From Candidatus Dormiibacterota bacterium (GTDB lineage Bacteria; Chloroflexota; Dormibacteria; Aeolococcales; Aeolococcaceae): a stretch of DNA of 64,000 bases. The stretch is taken from contig CAWEEP010000007.1 of assembly GCA_963808125.1 (NCBI GenBank), positions 12,820-76,819 on the forward strand. The letters are read 5' to 3'. The notes below the pieces were generated by a model. That model searched no databases. It was given only the letters and a program-made list of their open reading frames with translations, and was not told the DNA's origin. The translations under genes and the position numbers were made by a program. Below are positions 1 to 9,228 of the stretch, in pieces (position 1 is the first letter of the stretch; each line of letters starts with the position of its first letter).

Positions 1-1
1 G

Positions 2-91
2 GATCTGACCGAGGCGATGCATCGCCTCGGCGAGGACGAGGCCTTCCGCTACCACCACCCCTTCACCTTCGCCGAGGCCTTCCGTCTCTGA
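2..91 (+). CDS. 3' end of an unidentified CDS entering from the left edge
   Basis: Frame open from nt 2 to TGA 89-91 (..DLTEAMHRLGEDEAFRYHHPFTFAEAFRL*). GC-rich third positions match neighbouring genes. No family recognisable from 29 residues. Confidence 0.25.
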   Translation, partial: DLTEAMHRLGEDEAFRYHHPFTFAEAFRL

Positions 92-180
92 TCGACGGCC
101 AGGTAGCGGCTGCCCAAGCCCCCGGGCGGCGGGCACCCGTGGTGCCGCCGGCGGCGTCAGGGCGGGGAGGCGGCGGCGGG

Positions 181-2268
181 TCAGGGCGTGGGGGCCGCGT
201 GCTCCTTGGCGTGGGCTTCGATCAGATGCTGGGCCACCTGCCCCGGCACCTCCTCGTAATGGGAGAACTCCATGGAGTAGCGGCCCCTGCCCTGGGTGAG
301 GGCGCGGAGGTCGATGGGGAAGGTGAACATCTCCGCCTGGGGCACCTGGGCGGTGACCTCGGAGCGGCCGTCGCCGAGCGGGTTCATCCCCGCCACGCGC
401 CCACGCCGGGTGTTGAAGAGGCCGATGACGTCCCCGGTGAAGCGCTCGGGGACGACCACCTTGACGGTGGTCACCGGCTCCAGCAGGACCGGCGACGCCT
501 TGGCCACGGCCTCGCGCATGGCCATGGACCCGGCGATCTGGAAGGCGATGTCCTTGCCGTCCACGGGGTGGGTGGAGCCGTCCACCAGCCTGACCTTCAC
601 GTCCACCACCGGGTGGCCGCTGATGGCGCCCTGCTCGATGCACTGGCGGACCCCCTTCTCCACCGAGGGCCGGAACTGCTGCGGGATGGAGCCGCCGAAG
701 ATCTTGTCCTCCCACACGTAGCCGCCGCCCCGGGGAAGGGGCTCGATCTCGATGGTGCAGTCGCCGTAGAGGCCGGCGCCCCCCGACTGCTTCTTGTAGC
801 GGTGCTGCACCCGGGCGGTGCCGTTGATGGTCTCCCGATAGGGGATCTTCGGCGCCTGAAGGGTGGCCTCGACCCCGTATTTGCGCTTCATCTTCTCCAC
901 GACGACGTCGAGGTGGATGTCACCTAGGCCGTGGGCGATGACCTCCTGGGTGACGGGGTCCCGATCCACGGTGAAGGTGATCTCCTCTTCCGTCAGCCGC
1001 GCCAGCGACTGCATGATCTTGTCCTCGTCGCCCTTGCTCTTGGCGGTGATGGCGGCCGAGTAGGCCGCGGTGGGGGTGGAGATGGAGGGCAGGACCACCT
1101 GCGCCGCGCGATCGCAGAGGGTGTCGCCGGTGGCGGCGGCCTGGAGCTTGGTCACAACGGCGATGTCGCCGGCTCCGACGTCGCCCGCCGTGACGACCTG
1201 CTTGCCGAGGGGCCGGCCGAGCTGGGCGAAGCGCTCCTCGACCTTGCGGTTGGCATTGAACGGGTGCGTGTCGGCGCGCAGCGAGCCCCGCAGGATGCGC
1301 AGGTAGGAGACCTTGCCGAAGTTGTCGACCGAGGTGCGGAAGACGCGGGCCACCAGGGGTCCGTCCGGCGAGCAGAGGATCTCCACCTCCTTGCCGGAGG
1401 GGTCCACCCCGCGATGCACCCTCTCCTTCGGCGAGGGGAGGTATCGGACGATGCTGTCGAGGAGAAGGGCAGCGCCCCGACCGTCGGCCGCGGCGGCGCA
1501 GATGATCGGCGCCAGGGTGCCAGTGAAGGCGGCCCGGTGGACGGCGTCGCGGACCTCGTCGTCCGACAACTCCGTCCCTTCGAGGTACTTCTCGATCAGG
1601 GCGTCGTCGGTCTCCGCGGCGGCGTCGGTCAGCGAGCTGTGGGCCCGGGCCACCGCCTCGGAGAGGTCGCCGGGCAGTTCGGTCTCCACCGCCTCCCCGT
1701 CACCCCGGAACTCGTGGGCCGTCCCGTTGACGAGGTCGACGTAACCCCGGAAGCTCTCGGCGGCTCCGATGGGGACGGTCACCGCGATGGGCTTGCGGCC
1801 GAAGGCCTCGCGCAGAGCGTCGACGGTGGCCTCGAACGCGGCGTTCTCCCGATCCATCCGGTTGACCACGATGAGGCAGGGGAGGCCGGCCTCGGTGAGC
1901 ATTTCCCAGGCCAGCTCCGCGCCCACGGGCACGTTCCCGGTGGCGCTGACGACAAGGACGGCGGCGTCGGCGCCGGCGAGCGCCGAGGCGACCTCTCCGG
2001 CGAAGTCCTGGAAGCCGGGGGCGTCGATGAGGTTGACCCGGGTCCCCTTCCAATCGCAGTGGGCGACGGCGGCGCTGATCGAGATCGACCGGCGCTGCTC
2101 CTCCGGCTCGGAGTCGAAGATCGAGGTCCCCTGATCGGTCGAACCCAGTCTCTGGGTCGCCCCCGCCGTGTGCAGCAACGCCTCGCACAGGGTCGTCTTG
2201 CCGTCGTGGCTGTGGCCGACGATGGCCACGGTGCGAATGCGATCCGGTGCGGGCGTGGGCATGGACAC
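181..2268 (-). CDS. Elongation factor G-like translational GTPase (EF-G paralogue)
   Basis: 695-aa ORF. G1 AIVGHSHDGKTT, G3 DAPGFQDF, G4 NRMD, then EF-G domain II-V hallmarks (GDIAVVTKL, HLDVVVEKMKRKYGVE, YSMEFSHYEEVP). GGAGG precedes ATG 2268. Not next to rpsL/rpsG/tuf, so called a paralogue rather than canonical fusA. Confidence 0.9.
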   Translation of the reverse strand: MSMPTPAPDRIRTVAIVGHSHDGKTTLCEALLHTAGATQRLGSTDQGTSIFDSEPEEQRRSISISAAVAHCDWKGTRVNLIDAPGFQDFAGEVASALAGADAAVLVVSATGNVPVGAELAWEMLTEAGLPCLIVVNRMDRENAAFEATVDALREAFGRKPIAVTVPIGAAESFRGYVDLVNGTAHEFRGDGEAVETELPGDLSEAVARAHSSLTDAAAETDDALIEKYLEGTELSDDEVRDAVHRAAFTGTLAPIICAAAADGRGAALLLDSIVRYLPSPKERVHRGVDPSGKEVEILCSPDGPLVARVFRTSVDNFGKVSYLRILRGSLRADTHPFNANRKVEERFAQLGRPLGKQVVTAGDVGAGDIAVVTKLQAAATGDTLCDRAAQVVLPSISTPTAAYSAAITAKSKGDEDKIMQSLARLTEEEITFTVDRDPVTQEVIAHGLGDIHLDVVVEKMKRKYGVEATLQAPKIPYRETINGTARVQHRYKKQSGGAGLYGDCTIEIEPLPRGGGYVWEDKIFGGSIPQQFRPSVEKGVRQCIEQGAISGHPVVDVKVRLVDGSTHPVDGKDIAFQIAGSMAMREAVAKASPVLLEPVTTVKVVVPERFTGDVIGLFNTRRGRVAGMNPLGDGRSEVTAQVPQAEMFTFPIDLRALTQGRGRYSMEFSHYEEVPGQVAQHLIEAHAKEHAAPTP

Positions 2269-2364
2269 GACCTCCTGCGAGGGCGGGAATCGAAGGCCGA
2301 TGGTGAGCGGCAGCCAATGGTACGGCGCCGCCTCGGCCTCGCATCCCGGGCGAATGCGCCGCCG

Positions 2365-3306
2365 TCAGCGGGGGGCCTCCTCCACTCGTTGGGCGACCAC
2401 CAGCACGCTGTCGCAGAGCGGGTTGCCCGGGTGGCGCGTCCAGCCGTCGTAGATGCGCCGCAGCCGCAGCCCGGCCCGGTCGAGGACGCCGGGGATCTCG
2501 TCGAAGCCCAGCAGGCGGCTGGTCGTCTGCTGAACCCCGACGCTCCCGTCGGCGAAGACGGCGACCTCCCGGAGCACGAACAGGTTGCGTCGCCGGTCGT
2601 AGACGGTGTCGGTGAGGAGCAGCTGGCGGCGGTCGCCGAGCAGCGAGGTGTCGGCCACCTCCCACGCGGAGATCCGGCCGGGAAGCTGGTCGGGCCGCAA
2701 GCGGATCTCGGCGATCAGGCGTCCTCCCGGCCGCAGGCACCGGCCGAGGCGGCGGAGCACCGCCACCTGGGAACGGACGGGAAGGTTCTCCAGGACGTAG
2801 TAGATGAGGACGGCGGCGTCGTAGCGGGGCGACACCGGCAACGAGCGCAGGTCGGCGACGTCGAACTGGACCTGGCGGTCGAGGCCGGTGGCGCGCGCGG
2901 TGGCGCGCGCGTGGCGGATAACGGCCGGCCCGACGTCGACACCGTGCACCCGATAGCCCATGGTGCCGAGGCGGACGGCGTAGAGGCCGGGCCCGCAGCC
3001 GGCGTCGAGAATCGTGGCCGGAGGCGGGGGGAGCAGGCGGCCGAGGCGGCGCACATGCCCGTCCACCAGGAGCTCACGGCGGCTGGCACCGTCGTGGGCC
3101 TGGTCGAGATGTTCACGGAGGAGTCGCCGGCTGAAGGCCGGATCGGACCAGTCGAGTTCGCTGGCACGGTCGAACGGGCGCGGCCAAGGGTCCAGTGCGG
3201 CGACGCGCGATGGGCGGGGGTGACGACCCACGCGGCGAAGCGTGACACGCCCGGGGTGGTGAGCGGACAGCCAAGCCGCCCGCCCGTGGAGGCGGTCCGC
3301 CCGCAT
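2365..3306 (-). CDS. Class I SAM-dependent methyltransferase
   Basis: Start placed at ATG 3306; the upstream part of the 490-aa ORF is low-complexity. Motif I ILDAGCGPGLY, acidic post-I HGVDVG, LRPGGRLIAE. Confidence 0.8.
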   Translation of the reverse strand: MRADRLHGRAAWLSAHHPGRVTLRRVGRHPRPSRVAALDPWPRPFDRASELDWSDPAFSRRLLREHLDQAHDGASRRELLVDGHVRRLGRLLPPPPATILDAGCGPGLYAVRLGTMGYRVHGVDVGPAVIRHARATARATGLDRQVQFDVADLRSLPVSPRYDAAVLIYYVLENLPVRSQVAVLRRLGRCLRPGGRLIAEIRLRPDQLPGRISAWEVADTSLLGDRRQLLLTDTVYDRRRNLFVLREVAVFADGSVGVQQTTSRLLGFDEIPGVLDRAGLRLRRIYDGWTRHPGNPLCDSVLVVAQRVEEAPR

Positions 3307-3348
3307 CGCAGCCGGCGAACCGGCGCGCGCGGGCACTAGTCTCGTGGC

Positions 3349-3993
3349 GTGATCGCCACCCCTGCCGGCGCCAGCGTCGCCTTCGCCGCCGGATACGCCG
3401 TCGGCGCCCTCCCCATTGCGTGGCTTCTGGTGCGGGGCGAACGCGGCATCGATCTCCGGCGCGAGGGGGGCGGCGGGACCGGCGCCGTCGATGCCCTCAG
3501 GGTGGCAGGGCCGGCCACCGCCTGCCTTGCCGTCGTCGCGGAATGCCTCAAGGGCGGCGCCGTCGGCCTGGGCGCCGGGCTGGTGAGCGGAACGGGCTGG
3601 TTCGTTGCCAGCGCCATCGCGGGCTGCGTCGTCGGCGACGCCTTCCCCGTGGGCTTCCGGCGGGGGGGACGCGGCCTGGTCCCGCTGGTCTCTGGCCTGG
3701 TCATCGCGCTCCCCTACGCCGGTCTCCTCTGCGGCATCATCGCCATCCCCGTGGCACTGCTCACGCGGATGCGCGGGGGCGTGTTCGACGCGTCGGTGAC
3801 GGTTGCCGTGCCTCTGGGGCTGTGGTTGGGAACCCACGACTGGCGCAGCCTGGCGCCGGCCGCGGTGATGGTCGTCGCCATGGTCACCCGTTCCCGGTTG
3901 CGGCAGCAGTCCCGGGCACGGACCGCACTGACGGACCGTCGAGGTGCGACCATCGTCGACCAGCCGTCACCTCACACGGAGAGCCCCGAATGA
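3349..3993 (+). CDS. PlsY-family (glycerol-3-phosphate acyltransferase-like) membrane protein, divergent
   Basis: 214 aa with ~5-6 TM helices. Collinear with PlsY, but motifs are degenerate: GGGGTGAVD for GSGNxGATN, ECLKG for DxLKG, VGDAFPVGFRRGGRGL for GHxxPxxxxFKGGKGV. GTG start. TGA overlaps the next ATG (ATGA). Confidence 0.55.
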   Translation: MIATPAGASVAFAAGYAVGALPIAWLLVRGERGIDLRREGGGGTGAVDALRVAGPATACLAVVAECLKGGAVGLGAGLVSGTGWFVASAIAGCVVGDAFPVGFRRGGRGLVPLVSGLVIALPYAGLLCGIIAIPVALLTRMRGGVFDASVTVAVPLGLWLGTHDWRSLAPAAVMVVAMVTRSRLRQQSRARTALTDRRGATIVDQPSPHTESPE

Positions 3994-4640
3994 TCGCCCT
4001 CGCCAGCCTCAGCGGCACCGTCCAGCACTGGGTGGAGACGGGCGGGATCGTGGCCATCTTCCTGCTCATGACGGCGCAGTGCGTCGGCGTCCCCTTCCCC
4101 AGCGAGGTGATCATGCCCTTCGCCGGCTACTTCGCCGCCACGGGGCACCTCAACCTGGTCGCCGCCATCGCCGTCGGCACGCTGGGCAACCTGGTGGGCT
4201 CATGGCTCGCGTACGGTCTGGCGGCCTGGCTCGGCGAGCCCGTCCTGCTCGGACCGGGGCGGTACATCGGCATCCGGCGGCACCACGTCGAACTCGCCGA
4301 CGGGTGGTTCCGGCGGCACGGCGCGAGCGCCGTCTTCTTCGGCCGGTTCCTCCCCGTGGTGCGGACCTACATCTCCTTTCCGGCCGGGCTCGCCCGCATG
4401 CCCCTTCTCCCCTTCACGGCCTACACGGTGCTGGGGACCCTCCCCTGGTGCGCGGCGCTTGGAGTGGCCGGCTACGAGGTGGGCCGGAACTGGAACCGCA
4501 TCGCCGGCCCGATCGGCCTCGCCGGCGTGATCCTCGCCGTGGTGCTGGTGATCGCGGTGGTGGCCTGGTTCGTCAGGGGTCGCAGGACAGAGACGCCGTC
4601 CGGCCGGACGGTGTCGCCGGGGGAGAAGGAGGCCTCCTGA
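3990..4640 (+). CDS. DedA/SNARE-associated family membrane protein
   Basis: GVPFPSEVIMPFAGY and FFGRFLPVVRTYISFPAGLARM signatures; 4-5 TM helices; translationally coupled to the upstream gene. Confidence 0.85.
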   Translation: MIALASLSGTVQHWVETGGIVAIFLLMTAQCVGVPFPSEVIMPFAGYFAATGHLNLVAAIAVGTLGNLVGSWLAYGLAAWLGEPVLLGPGRYIGIRRHHVELADGWFRRHGASAVFFGRFLPVVRTYISFPAGLARMPLLPFTAYTVLGTLPWCAALGVAGYEVGRNWNRIAGPIGLAGVILAVVLVIAVVAWFVRGRRTETPSGRTVSPGEKEAS

Positions 4641-4643
4641 GCC

Positions 4644-5480
4644 GTGATCGGGCTCATCGACATCGGTGGAACCAAGACCCTGGCCAGCGTCACAGACGAT
4701 GACGGCAGACCCGGCCCGCCGACCGTGCGCCCCACCCCGAGACGCGGCGACGCGGGGTCCTTCCTCGCCGACCTGCTCGACGAGGTGCGGCGCGGCCACC
4801 CTCTGGAGGCGATCGCGGTGGCCACGCCCGGCCCGTTCGACCGCCAAAGCCGCACCCTGATCAACCCGCCCGGGCTCTCCAGCGACTGGCACGGCCTCGA
4901 CCTTCAAGCAGCGCTCGGCGACCGCTTTCACTGTCAGGTCCACGCCGAGAACGACGCCAACTGCGCGGCGCTGGCCGAGGCCCATTTCGGAGCCGGGCAG
5001 GGGTTCGGCACGGTCGTCTACTACACGGTGAGCACCGGGGTGGGGTCGGGCGTCGTGCGCGACGGCGACCTGCTCATATCGAGGCACGACACCGAGGGGG
5101 GGCATCAGGTGCTCTGGCCCGAGCACCTCGGGGGCCCCGCCTGCCATTGCGGCGGTCACGGATGCCTCGAGGCGCTGGTGAGCGGCGCCGCCATCGTGCG
5201 GCGCTTCGGCTGCCGGGCCGAGGTTCTGGACGACCCATCGGCCTGGGCGGACATCGGCCGCTGGTTGGGCCTGGCCGTGGTCAACAGCGCTGCCCTGCTC
5301 GATTGCGACGTCGTCGTATTCGGCGGCGGCGTGATCGGCGCCTGGACGAAGTTCGAGGCCGCCCTGCGCGCCACGGTCCGGGAGTATCTCTTCCTTCAGC
5401 CCGAACCGGAGATCCGCCTGGCCGAGCTCGGGATCGACCGCAACGTGTGGGGGGCGCTGACCCTGGTCCCCGGCCGCTGA
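4644..5480 (+). CDS. ROK-family sugar kinase (glucokinase-like)
   Basis: LIDIGGTKT phosphate-1 motif, ENDANCAALAEAHFG, ROK zinc motif CHCGGHGCLE. Confidence 0.85.
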   Translation: MIGLIDIGGTKTLASVTDDDGRPGPPTVRPTPRRGDAGSFLADLLDEVRRGHPLEAIAVATPGPFDRQSRTLINPPGLSSDWHGLDLQAALGDRFHCQVHAENDANCAALAEAHFGAGQGFGTVVYYTVSTGVGSGVVRDGDLLISRHDTEGGHQVLWPEHLGGPACHCGGHGCLEALVSGAAIVRRFGCRAEVLDDPSAWADIGRWLGLAVVNSAALLDCDVVVFGGGVIGAWTKFEAALRATVREYLFLQPEPEIRLAELGIDRNVWGALTLVPGR

Positions 5481-5527
5481 GGCGGCGCCGCGTTTGGCGG
5501 CGGGGGGATGGCTGGTACAGTAGGGCC

Positions 5528-5746
5528 GTGTCCAAGCGTGTCACCTCCGTGAGCATCGACGACGTCATCTCCGCCATCGAGACGGCGCGCGACAAGGTCA
5601 TGGCCGACGAGGTCAAGTCCCTCGTCAAGCTCGGACTGCCGAAGAGCGTCGCCTACAAGATGGTGGCGGAGCGCTACCGCCAGCGCAGTGAGGCCGAAGA
5701 GGGCGAGGAGGCCGCCGCCGGCACCCCCTGGCCCGACATGTCCTGA
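5528..5746 (+). CDS. Small hypothetical protein (72 aa, helical, acidic tail)
   Basis: GTG-initiated frame VSKRVTSVSIDDVISAIETARDKVMADEVKSLVKLGLPKSVAYKMVAERYRQRSEAEEGEE.. with good codon bias. No family recognised. Confidence 0.35.
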   Translation: MSKRVTSVSIDDVISAIETARDKVMADEVKSLVKLGLPKSVAYKMVAERYRQRSEAEEGEEAAAGTPWPDMS

Positions 5747-5826
5747 CCGTTTCGCGGGGCGGCGCGGCGCGAACCCGGGCGGGGCGAGCCCGGCACGTCG
5801 TGTGCTCTCCGCATACTGTCGGGTCG

Positions 5827-7155
5827 ATGGCCTACCTTCCAAACGGAGCCGGCGAACGCCGCGAGATGCTCGACGCCGTTGGCGTGGCGTCGGTGGACGA
5901 CCTCTTCGCGGCCATCCCCGGCCGGCTGCGCAATCCCCACCTCGACCTGCCCGCGCCCCTGGCCGAGCAGGACCTGGTCGACGAGCTGGAGCGTCTGGCG
6001 GAGCGAAACCACCCCCTGGGCAGCGTCGACGCCTTCCTCGGGGCGGGGGTGTACCGGCGCTACGTCCCCGCCATCGTCCGGGCCAGCATCGCTCGTCCCG
6101 AGTTCTACACCGCGTACACCCCCTACCAGGCCGAGGCCTCGCAGGGAACGCTGCAGACCATCTTCGAGTTCCAGTCGATGATCTGCGGCCTGACCGGGCT
6201 GGAAGTCGCCAACGCCTCGCTGTACGACGGAGCCACCGCCAGTGCCGAGGCCGTCATGATGGCCGTGTCCCAGACGGGCAGATCCCGGGCAGTCGTCGCC
6301 GCCGACGTCCACCCCGAGATCCTCTCGGTGATCCGGACCTTCGTCGCCGGCCGCGGCGTCGAGATGGTCCTTTCAGACGACGTGACCGCCGCGGTCGGCG
6401 ACCGCGACGCCTGCGTCGTGGTGGCGCAGCCCGGTTCCTGGGGACGCTCTCGGAGCTGACCCCGATCGCGCCGCCGCACGGGCGGCCGGGGCCCTCTCGA
6501 TCTGCGTCGCCGACCCGATCGCCTGCGCCCTCGTCGAGCCGCCTGGAGATGCGGGCTTCGACATGGCCGTCGGCGATGGCCAACCGCTGGGCATCCCCCC
6601 TCTTTCGGCGGCCCCCACGTCGGCTTCATGGCGGTGCGGCAGGAGCTTATGCGCCGCCTCCCCGGCCGCCTCGTGGGTGAGGCCCGCGACCATCACGGAC
6701 GCCGCGCCTACACCCTCACCCTGCAGGCGCGCGAACAGCACATCCGCCGCGAGAAGGCGACCTCCAACATCTGCACCAACCACGCCCTCATGGCGCTGGC
6801 GGCCACCGTGTACATGGCGAAGATGGGGGCAGGAGGGCTGCGGCGGGTGGCCGAGGTCAGCGTCCAGCGCGCCCACCACCTGTTCGGCCGTCTCGTCGAG
6901 CTCGAGGGCATCTCGGCGGCGCTGCCTGACCGGCCCTTCCTGTGGGAGTTCGCTCTCCGCGTCCCGGGCGACGCCGCGAGTTTCGCGGCGGAGATGCGCC
7001 GCCAGGACATCATCGCCGGTCTGCCGCTGGGCATCGTCGACCGGAGCCGCCGCGATCAGATCCTTGTCTGCTGCACGGAGACGACGGCGCCGGCGGCGAT
7101 CGACCGCTACGTGGCCGCGGCGGCCCGCTTCACCGCGGCCGGAGCGGCGGCATGA
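5827..7155 (+). CDS. gcvPA: Glycine dehydrogenase (decarboxylating) subunit 1, interrupted by three 1-bp frameshifts
   Basis: MAYLPNGAGERREMLDAVG.., PYQAEASQGTLQ, LQAREQHIRREKATSNICTN. The reading frame hops near 6435 (TT run), 6470 and 6595-6600 (C6 run). The joined translation ..VVAQPGFLGTLSELTPIA/AAARAAGALSICVADP..GDGQPLGIP/PSFGGPHVGFMAV.. is collinear with GcvPA. Confidence 0.85.
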
Positions 7156-8633
7156 CTCTCGCACCGCCGCCGGCGGAGTGGTCCGGCGAGGAGCCCCTCG
7201 TCTTCGAGCTGAGCACCGACTACGAGGGAGGGCCTCGGGAGGTGGCGAGCGGGGTCCCCGAGCGCCCGCTCGCCGAACTGCTGCCGGGAGTGCGGCTGCG
7301 CTCTGCGCCGGCGGCGATCCCCGCGGTGGCCGAGCCGGTGCTGGCCCGCCACCTCGGCCGGCTGGCGCGACGCAACCACCACCTGCACCACGGCATCTAC
7401 CCGCTGGGCAGCTGCACCATGAAGTACAACCCCGTGATCGACGAGCAGCTCGCCGGGCTGCCGGGCTTCGCCGACATCCACCCCTACCAGGACGCCGACG
7501 ACGTCCAGGGGGCGCTCGAGCTGATGTGGGATCTGGAACAGCTGCTCAGGGAGATCACCGGCATGGCAAGGGTCTCGCTCCAGCCGGCGGCGGGTGCCCA
7601 CGGCGAGTGGACCGGGCTGCGCATGATCCAGGCGTATCACGCCTCCCGGGGGACACCGGCCGGACCGTGTCCTCATCCCGACTCCGCCCACGGCACCAAC
7701 CCGGCCTCGGCCGCGCTGGCCGGCCTGGAGGTGGTCACGGTGCGCAGCAACGCCGCCGGCACCGTGGATGTGGACGATCTGCGCAGTCACCTGGACGCCT
7801 CCGTGGCGGCCATCATGATGACCAATCCCAACACGCTGGGGGTCTTCGAGAAGGACGATCCTGGAGATCGCGGAGGCGGCCCACGACAAGGGCGTCCTCC
7901 TCTACTACGACGGCGCCAACCTCAACGCCCTGGTGGGGATGGCCCGGCCCGGGGACATGGGTTTCGACGTCGTTCACCTCAACCTCCACAAGACCTTCTC
8001 GACGCCGCACGGCGGCGGCGGCCCGGGCAGCGGCCCGGTGGGGGTCACCGCCGCGCTCGCCGCCTTCCTCCCCGTGCCCACCGTGGAGCGCGACGGCGAC
8101 CGCTTCCGCCTCGAGAGCGACCGCCCTTTCTCGATCGGCAAGGTGCGGTCCTTCTACGGCAACTTCGGCATGCTGGTGCGCGCCTACGCCTACCTGCGAA
8201 CGTACGGGTCCTCGATCTCCGATGTGGCGCGCGACGCGGTCCTCAACGCCCGCTACCTGCGTTCGCAGCTCCAGGACCTCTTCCCCATGGCCGTGCCCAC
8301 CGCATCGATGCACGAGTTCGTGGCCACCACCAAGGGGTGCCGGGTACCCGGTCTGCGCGCCATCGACATCTCCAAGCGCCTCCTCGACTTCGGCGTCTAC
8401 GCCCCCACCGCGTACTTCCCCACCACGGTCCCCGAGGCGCTGATGTTCGAGCCGACCGAGACCGAGTCGAAGCGAAGTCTCGATCTCCTTGCCGCCATCT
8501 GCGCCACCATCGTCGGCGAGGCGGAGACCGACCTCGGCTTCGTGCAGGCGGCGCCCATCTGACCCCGGTGAGCCGGGTCGACGAGGTGGAGGCGGCGCGG
8601 AAGCCGGTCCTGCGCTGGCGGGCACCGGCGTGA
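7152..8633 (+). CDS. gcvPB: Glycine dehydrogenase (decarboxylating) subunit 2, with several frameshifts
   Basis: GSCTMKYNP, PDSAHGTNPASA, HLNLHKTFSTPHGGGGPG (PLP-Lys region). ATG 7152 overlaps the gcvPA stop. Frame changes at ~7648-7680 (three compensating shifts), ~7856 and ~8553. The C-terminus ..TPVSRVDEVEAARKPVLRW lies in a different frame from the body. Confidence 0.85.
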   Translation: MTLAPPPAEWSGEEPLVFELSTDYEGGPREVASGVPERPLAELLPGVRLRSAPAAIPAVAEPVLARHLGRLARRNHHLHHGIYPLGSCTMKYNPVIDEQLAGLPGFADIHPYQDADDVQGALELMWDLEQLLREITGMARVSLQPAAGAHGEWTGLRMIQAYHASRGTPAGPCPHPDSAHGTNPASAALAGLEVVTVRSNAAGTVDVDDLRSHLDASVAAIMMTNPNTLGVFEKDDPGDRGGGPRQGRPPLLRRRQPQRPGGDGPARGHGFRRRSPQPPQDLLDAARRRRPGQRPGGGHRRARRLPPRAHRGARRRPLPPRERPPFLDRQGAVLLRQLRHAGARLRLPANVRVLDLRCGARRGPQRPLPAFAAPGPLPHGRAHRIDARVRGHHQGVPGTRSARHRHLQAPPRLRRLRPHRVLPHHGPRGADVRADRDRVEAKSRSPCRHLRHHRRRGGDRPRLRAGGAHLTPVSRVDEVEAARKPVLRWRAPA

Positions 8634-8697
8634 GCGCGGGCCCCCGCCGCCAGGACCGGCAGCGGAGGACGCCGACGACCGCGCCGAACTGCACCGG

Positions 8698-9216
8698 ATG
8701 CTGGCCGAGCGCGCCTTCCGGTGGGACTTCGTCCTCTCCAGCGGCCGGCGGAGCGACTACTTCTTCGACGCCAAACAGGTGACCCTGGACGGCCGGGGTC
8801 TCGTCCTGGTGGCCTCGATGATGCTGTCCCGCTGCCGTCGACTGGATGTCACCGCCGTCGCCGGCGACGACGGTGTCGGCCCCCTGCTCGGAGCGGTGAC
8901 AGCGCTGAGCGCCAGGGACGGCGGCGCTCCGCTCCACGCCCTCATGGTGCGCAAGACCGCCAAGGAGCACGGCATCGCTGCGAAGGTGGCGGGGCCGGCC
9001 CCAGCGCAGGCGGAGCGGGTGGTCCTCATCGAGGACGTCGTCACCAGCGGGGAGTCGCTGATCCGCGCCGCGCTGGCGCTGGCGCCGTCCGGCGTCGAGG
9101 TGGTCGAGGCGGTGGTCGTCGTCGACCGCGAGGAGGGCGGGGAGGCGGCCCTGCGCGAGCACGGCCTGCCGCTGCACGCCCTCTTCCGGCGTAGCCAGTT
9201 CTCAGCCCCCGCCTGA
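8698..9216 (+). CDS. pyrE: Orotate phosphoribosyltransferase
   Basis: FVLSSGRRSDYFFD, PRPP-binding loop VVLIEDVVTSGES. The N-terminus may start slightly upstream. Confidence 0.85.
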   Translation: MLAERAFRWDFVLSSGRRSDYFFDAKQVTLDGRGLVLVASMMLSRCRRLDVTAVAGDDGVGPLLGAVTALSARDGGAPLHALMVRKTAKEHGIAAKVAGPAPAQAERVVLIEDVVTSGESLIRAALALAPSGVEVVEAVVVVDREEGGEAALREHGLPLHALFRRSQFSAPA

Positions 9217-9228
9217 GCCGGCACCGAG

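Noticed and set aside
11-28. Perfect 18-nt palindrome GAGGCGATGCATCGCCTC.
   Set aside because: It lies inside the open reading frame at the window edge. Short GC-rich palindromes are expected by chance in this composition, and there is no second copy.
931-3339. Very long ORFs antisense to or overlapping annotated genes: 931-3339 (802 aa), 10639-12654 (671 aa), the upstream part of 14801-17149, 18098-20887 (929 aa), 29772-32201 (809 aa) and 41642-43705 (687 aa).
   Set aside because: Their translations are Arg/Gly/Pro/Ala-rich and low-complexity, with no motifs. They mirror well-supported genes on the other strand. In 70%+ GC DNA, stop codons are rare in all frames, so such ORFs arise by chance.
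5747-5826. Glycine riboswitch upstream of gcvPA.
   Set aside because: The 80-nt leader lacks the conserved GGAGAG..CACCG..GGGGCAA..CTCAGG core on either strand and is too short for a tandem aptamer.
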